A stretch of DNA of 64,000 nucleotides. It comes from Chrysomallon squamiferum (Eukaryota; Animalia; Mollusca). A program made the translations under genes and the position numbers. This document shows positions 57,670-64,000 of this stretch, one piece after another; positions within the stretch are counted from its first letter, which is position 1, and each line of letters begins with the position of its first letter. Under the pieces are notes generated by a model. The model did not search any database. It saw nothing but the letters and a program-made list of their open reading frames with translations, and was not told where the DNA came from. The DNA lies in the NCBI GenBank assembly GCA_012295275.1, contig CM022678.1, positions 5,952,001 to 6,016,000 on the forward strand. The letters are read 5' to 3'.

Positions 57670-57742
57670 CAAATCTCTTCTTTACTTAAGTTTCAGAAAT
57701 CTGTGAATTTCGTTCAACAATTGGACCTCAGTCTCACAGAAG
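57670..57742 (+). other. Putative non-coding exon 1 of tandem gene copy B
   Basis: Homologous to 49545-49613, with the same AAG|GTATTTCCATTTT donor. Confidence 0.55.
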
Positions 57743-58389
57743 GTATTTCCATTTTGTTACAGTTTCTGTTACATTTTGATCCTTTTTTTTTTTTTTTAGA
57801 CTTTATTTTAATTGATGATTTGATAGTAAATGAATTCTGGTTTATCATTACCAATTTTAATAAATAATAACCGGTAGTGTGTGATTCTGCACAAATCAGT
57901 CTAGGATTTTTTTTTTTTTTTTTTTTTTTTCTAATTAATTATTTATTTATTTTAAATATATATATATTTATTTGTTGCTTTATTTATTTATTTATGTACT
58001 TAGTTACTTACTTACTTTTTTATTTCTTATTTACTTATTTATTTATTTATTTATTTATGCCAAGCAAATATCTTAGAGAATAATTATAAAATGAATGAAT
58101 AAATAAATAAATAGAAATATTAATTAATTAATTATAATTTATAAAAAATATACAGAAAGGAAAAGTAAAATAGAATAATAATAATTATTTGATTCTTTCA
58201 CAATACTTTTGTAAATAATAAATTTTACAATATTCAGATGTTGAACAAATATTTTTTTGATAGTAGCATTGTTGGTTTCTACACAAATTAATTTATTTAT
58301 TCTTTTATAAAATATTAATTTAAATAAATATTGTTATCAAATATATAAAGAAGCAAATCGACATGTAAATAAATAAATAAATAAATAAA

Positions 58390-58438
<49 letters not shown>

Positions 58439-58677
58439 ATTAATTATGATTTTAAAAATGCAGAAAAAAGAAAGGTTATTATGTTTCACAGCAAATAAAT
58501 ACTAGTAATATTGTTACGAATATTTCCTACATACCAATAATATGTGATTCTACACAAATTATTCTTCGTTTTATTTAATTTAATTTAATTTAATTTAATT
58601 TTATATATTTATTTAATTATTTAATATTATTATACAAAAATTTCTTTCCAGATATCTTTAAAAAAAAATTATTTTAA

Positions 58678-58708
<31 letters not shown>

Positions 58709-59040
58709 ATTATAACAAATAAATTTTAAAAAATACAGAAAGAAAATATAAAGAAATTGTTCGAATATTTCGTACTAAATAAATACTAGTAACATTTGTA
58801 AATAATTTTTTTTTTAATTCAAATGTAGAAGAAATACGTTGTAGGTATCTGCAGAAAGTGTGATTCTACACAAATTAGTCTTTCCTTTATTTATTTATTT
58901 ATTTATTTATTATTTTACTTTTATTTTATTTTATTTGAAAAGAAAATTTGTTTTAAATAGATGTTTTAAATAGATACATATATATAAATGCAGTTATTAC
59001 TGCTACTATTAATGCAACTATTCAATTTCTGGTTGTTGAT

Positions 59041-59107
<67 letters not shown>

Positions 59108-59391
59108 CTTATTTATTATTATTTAGTTTTATTTATTTTATTTTAGTTATACAAAACATATTTCCAGATTTTGAAAAGAAAAAATGTTTTAAATAAATGT
59201 TTTTATAATATATATATGCAGTTATTACTGCTACTACTAAATGCTATTACTTCAGCTACCAGAAGCACAACAGTTAATTCTGCTACTACTACTACTACTG
59301 CTTCTATTTCTACTACTACAATGTCTATTGATTTTAATATACAAACCAAATGTATTATTTTAAATCTGTCTTTAGTTTTACTAATCAAGAA

Positions 59392-59442
<51 letters not shown>

Positions 59443-60676
59443 AATAAAACTAAATAAACATAAGGTAAAAAGAAAAAGAAAGTATTTATTTGATGATTTC
59501 ATTGTAAATAAATACTAGTTTATCATTACCAATATTAGTAAATAATAATCAGTAGTGTGTGATTCTGCACAAATCAGTCTTCGTTTTTTTTATTTATTTA
59601 TTTATTTATTTATATATTTATTTATTTATTTATTTATTTTAATTATACAAAAATTTCTTTCCATACGTCTTTAAAAAATTATTATTTTAATAAATAAATA
59701 ATTAAATTAATCAATAAATTATAATAAATTTTTGAAAAATACAAAATGAAAATATTAACAATTTATTTGAATATTTCATACTTCCAGATTTTGAAAAAAA
59801 TATATTTTTACATAAATCTTTTTATTAAATATGTATATAAAAAAGAAAGAAAGAAAGAAAGATAGATGGTTAGATAAATAAATAAAATACAATAAAATAA
59901 AATAAATAAAAAACAGAAGGAAGAAAAAAAAAGAAGTATTTATTTTACGATTTGATAGTAAATAAATACTAGTTTATCATAGTCAACATTAGTAAATAAG
60001 AAACTTTACAACGTTCAAATGATTTACTTATGTATCTTATGATATTGTATTTTAATTATTAACTTACTAATCTATTTAGTTATTTACCTATTTATTTATT
60101 TATTATTATTTTTTTAATACACAAACCCAGATTTTTTGAGATTTTTAATTATTTTTAAAATGTTACTACTAAATAGGTATTAATTAATTAATTAATTAAG
60201 TAAGTAAGTAACTAACTAAGTAACGAAATAACCGAATAGATAAATAGAACAAATAAAAATGATATAGAAGAAAAATAATTAAAAGGGAAGAAATTATTTT
60301 AAAATACTGAATCAGAATTTTTACTAATATTACTACAATAACTATTGTTATCCTCACCCGATAGTGCTACTTTTAGTATGACTTTATTATTACAACTACT
60401 AGTGCTGCTGTTTCTGCTAGTACTAGTTCCGTTACTTTAAGTTCTAGCACTAGTATCATAACTATCACTACTAATACTAGAAACTGCAACAACCACAATT
60501 CCCGAAATTGCTACTGCTAATGCTGTTACTACAACTACCACTAACTACTAAGAAACTTGGAAAGAAAGTCACAAGTAAAAATGTACCACTTTTAATAATA
60601 ATCAGAAACTATTAGCACGACAACAACTACTCCCACTTGTACTACGATTTTACAACAACAACTACAAATACTACTT

Positions 60677-60716
<40 letters not shown>

Positions 60717-60717
60717 G

Positions 60718-60751
<34 letters not shown>

Positions 60752-60864
60752 TCAACAACACTACTACCACCACCACCACCAACAACAAAAACGACAACAG
60801 CCAGATCAACAAAAATATATTTGTGTGATAATATTCAAATATTTTTCAGTTGAGATACAACAAT

Positions 60865-60952
60865 ATGGCGGTATTGACTTCCACAATACTGCACTTTGCA
60901 ATATGTTTTCTTATTACACTGACGACACTGGAAACCATTTCTGCTGTTTGCG
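60865..60952 (+). CDS. Copy B signal-peptide exon (MAVLTSTILHFAICFLITLTTLETISAVC)
   Basis: Acceptor at 60849, ATG at 60865, G|GTAAG donor in phase 1. Paralogous to 50489-50576. Confidence 0.88.
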
Positions 60953-61517
60953 GTAAGAGCTTATTTATTTTTTATTTCTGATTTCAATTTTAGATTTTCT
61001 TTTCCATTAATTCACTGCATATATATTTGGAAATGTGTGGGTGTCGGTGTGCTTGTGCATGTTCTGCGTGCTTGAATATGCTCTAGGACAGTGCGTGTGC
61101 TAATGTAATTAGGTTTTACAGTAAATGTGTGTGAATATATATATGGTATCTTTGAGTGGTGTATGTATGTCACTTAGTGTTTAATGTGTCCATGTATATC
61201 TCTGTATATCGGTCTAATTGAGGATGTTATTACATTCTATTGATAATGCATTTTCATCAGGGTCGGTGTATTTGTGTACTGTTGTTACGTATTATTTGAA
61301 TATTAATGTATTATGGATGTGTTTGTTTGGGTCCGAGTCTGTATTTGTGTCAGTGTGTTAAATACAAATCCTTCGTACATATTATTGTCATGTTTCTTAA
61401 TCTTTATCAGTTAACATTATTAAAGATTGAATTTTTGAATAATAATGATGATAACAATAACAGCACATTAGTAGTAGTTGCAGTAGTAGTAGCAGTAGTA
61501 GTGGTAGTAGGAGTGAA

Positions 61518-61596
<79 letters not shown>

Positions 61597-61673
61597 GTAA
61601 TAAAACCAGAACAAAATAACAAAACAAAAAAACCTACTGAAATAATAATCAAATATATAAAAATCCTTTCCAG

Positions 61674-63259
61674 ATTCCTGCGGCAGTCGATGGCGTAAGG
61701 TTTATGAGACTGATCAGAACGGTTCCGCTGTTTATGGCAACGTCGAGGATCTCTTCAACGCTGCCGAACACACTGAACCGGTCAGGTTTGTAATACCATC
61801 GTGGGGAGCAGAAGGATACGCTGGCGATTCTGTATACAGTACATATCATAAGCGTGACATTCTCTGTTTTTTTTCAACGATGCACGTAGGCAAGAAAAGC
61901 TGGGACACCTTTCTAAATGAACCGTATCGTCAAGCAATACTTCTGTGTACATCCGGATATGTCGACGTTGCTCACTTGAAGTTGGACACCGGCTCACTTG
62001 AAAGTCGAGACATTCGTCGTGTTGCTGTGCAGTGGTTCATTAAGCAACATCCTTGCTCAGAGTTCATTATTAACACGTATTTCGAAGATAAGAAGTTTGT
62101 ATCTAACGGATCGTTAGCAGGTTTGTACTCGTCTATAGAAGCCGGACACGATGTCAAAGTCGCAAGCTCATACCAATACGCGTATTCACTTATGAACATC
62201 GATGTTAGTAAACAAGGCGTGATTTTAGCGCAAATGTTTTGGCTTTTTGACACAGACAGGGAAAAAGATTATTTCGAATTTGAGAATCCACTGGAGCCGG
62301 GTGTTGTAAACATATACTCAGACGACAAGGTCCACCTTATCTTGTATTTGCAGTATGCACACCTTTCGGTTACCTTATTTATTCCCTTCGATTACACGTG
62401 GTACGTGGATTCCTGCTGGAAACACGTGTTTACGAATGATGAAAATGGAAAAGAACAAGGTGGGAGTATTTCCGAACTGATATCTGCCGTTGAGAGTGGA
62501 CACAGGGTGAAGGTCGTTATGGGAAACTACTCGATTGAGGTGGACAACGTGAGGACACAACCAGGACAGGTTTCTGTTCAACTTTTGAATCGCATGAGTT
62601 TCGACGAATCTGATATTGATGATGTAAAGATGTACTGGTCTTGGCAGATGGTTCACACGACGGGAACTGTCGGAACACGAGTTTTCACGTTTTATAACAC
62701 AAGTTTTGTAAATGAGTCCACTGAAAAGAAAACAATCAAGTGGTTTGTCGACACACGACCATGGTCAAAAGTTTTGTCAACCAACAAAAACGGCGAGGTC
62801 ACTTTTGGATCGAAAGCTGAGTTAAGGAAAGCCATTCTAAATGGCGCTGAAGTTCGTGTTGCTTTAAAGTTCGAGGACGACAAGAAAACTGAAGGAAGTC
62901 GACGGAAGAGGCACGTCGGTTGGTGGGGGGTAGAAAGTGGATCTTGGTGGGGAAGACATAGTGGATCTAGAAGCAGAAACGGCGGTTCAAAATCATGTGT
63001 AGGAAGCGAATGGATGTTCTTCAAGGCTAGTAACCTGGAGTTAGGTCCTTCTGGAGAAGTTTCTGCCGAGTTACTTCAGAGTGTCAGTACTGAAGAAGTC
63101 GGGTCGGCCGAATTCAAGATCAAAGATGAACCTTTCTGGCGTTTCATGATCGTCTCGACTCAGGGAAATGTCGACATCTCTCAGAGACGTGTAGGGAAGG
63201 AAGTAGACGACGGCCACTTCTCAGTGAAACAAGCTGTCAACTGGTTTGTCAACTACTAA
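61674..63259 (+). CDS. Copy B main exon: intact secreted four-repeat protein (557 aa in total), family unrecognised
   Basis: ctttccag acceptor and an uninterrupted frame to TAA at 63259. Four internal repeats, approximately WxxVxxxDxNG...GSxxxLxxAxxxGxxVxV ... W(F/Y)(V/I). Confidence 0.92.
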
Positions 63260-63335
63260 CTTTGTTATGTTTAAAATATAAAACATTAACAATAAAAAAA
63301 AAAAAAATTGCTACTGCTTTTTATGTTTTTACTAG

Positions 63336-63379
<44 letters not shown>

Positions 63380-64000
63380 GTAATAATAATTATAATAATA
63401 ACAATAATAACAATAACAATGAACAGAAATACGGAAATATATACGCAATGTAAAGTCACAGACATAAATATACTTTATTATGTCTTTAGTATTTCTTCGT
63501 ATCTTAATTTTAATATACTGATTAGATACTGCAACAAGAACAAGAAGAATAAACAAACAAGAAAACAAACAAACAAATAAATAAATAATATGCAGCAGTG
63601 TTAGTAACAATCTAAATGAGGTTTACAATCCATTTCGTCGTGTAACTGAATTGAAATTATTAATCGTATATTATGATTGAAACTCCTTAATATTATTGTA
63701 TCGTAATGATACAGTACAGATTTAAAAAAAAAAAATCAAAATTTGAATAAATAAATTGAAATATTAATCAAAATAGAAATTAGAAAAGCCAATACAAAAC
63801 CTACAGACGTTATTTTCAATCAATATTGCTGATGTGTCTGACTTTATAATTTCTAACGTAATTCAATGACGTAATCAAACGTCGTTATGACGTATTTCAT
63901 TAAACTTTGAGATGTTCATTAAACTTATTCGACATTTATTCACTGATAGATATTTTCATACAGAAGTAAACTAGATTAAATATGTTTGCTTGATTTCTGG

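Overview
Eukaryotic (invertebrate, probably lophotrochozoan or molluscan; taxon is an inference) genomic DNA. It is very AT-rich and full of micro- and minisatellites, so most of the supplied ORF track is repeat noise. I reconstructed the real genes by hand from GT-AG splice sites and phase continuity. (1) A minus-strand J-domain (DnaJ/Hsp40, HPD motif) gene with coding exons 5165-5102, 4806-4754, 3862-3796, 1135-845 and 496-174, running off the left edge. A possible upstream exon at 6806-6703 carries an in-frame uORF. (2) A divergently transcribed plus-strand OATP/SLCO organic anion transporter with 11 coding exons (14824-40383, about 781 aa) and one apparent 1-bp deletion in a G-run in exon 1. 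(3) Two tandem paralogs about 10.4 kb apart (50489-52840 and 60865-63259). They encode a secreted protein of about 560 aa built from four copies of an approximately 120-aa domain I cannot assign to a named family. Repeat 4 carries an inserted furin-type RRKR site followed by a WWG-repeat peptide. The paralogs are near-identical except for a sharply bounded hypervariable block, and copy A has a +1 frameshift. This tandem family is the best candidate for an undescribed system in the window.
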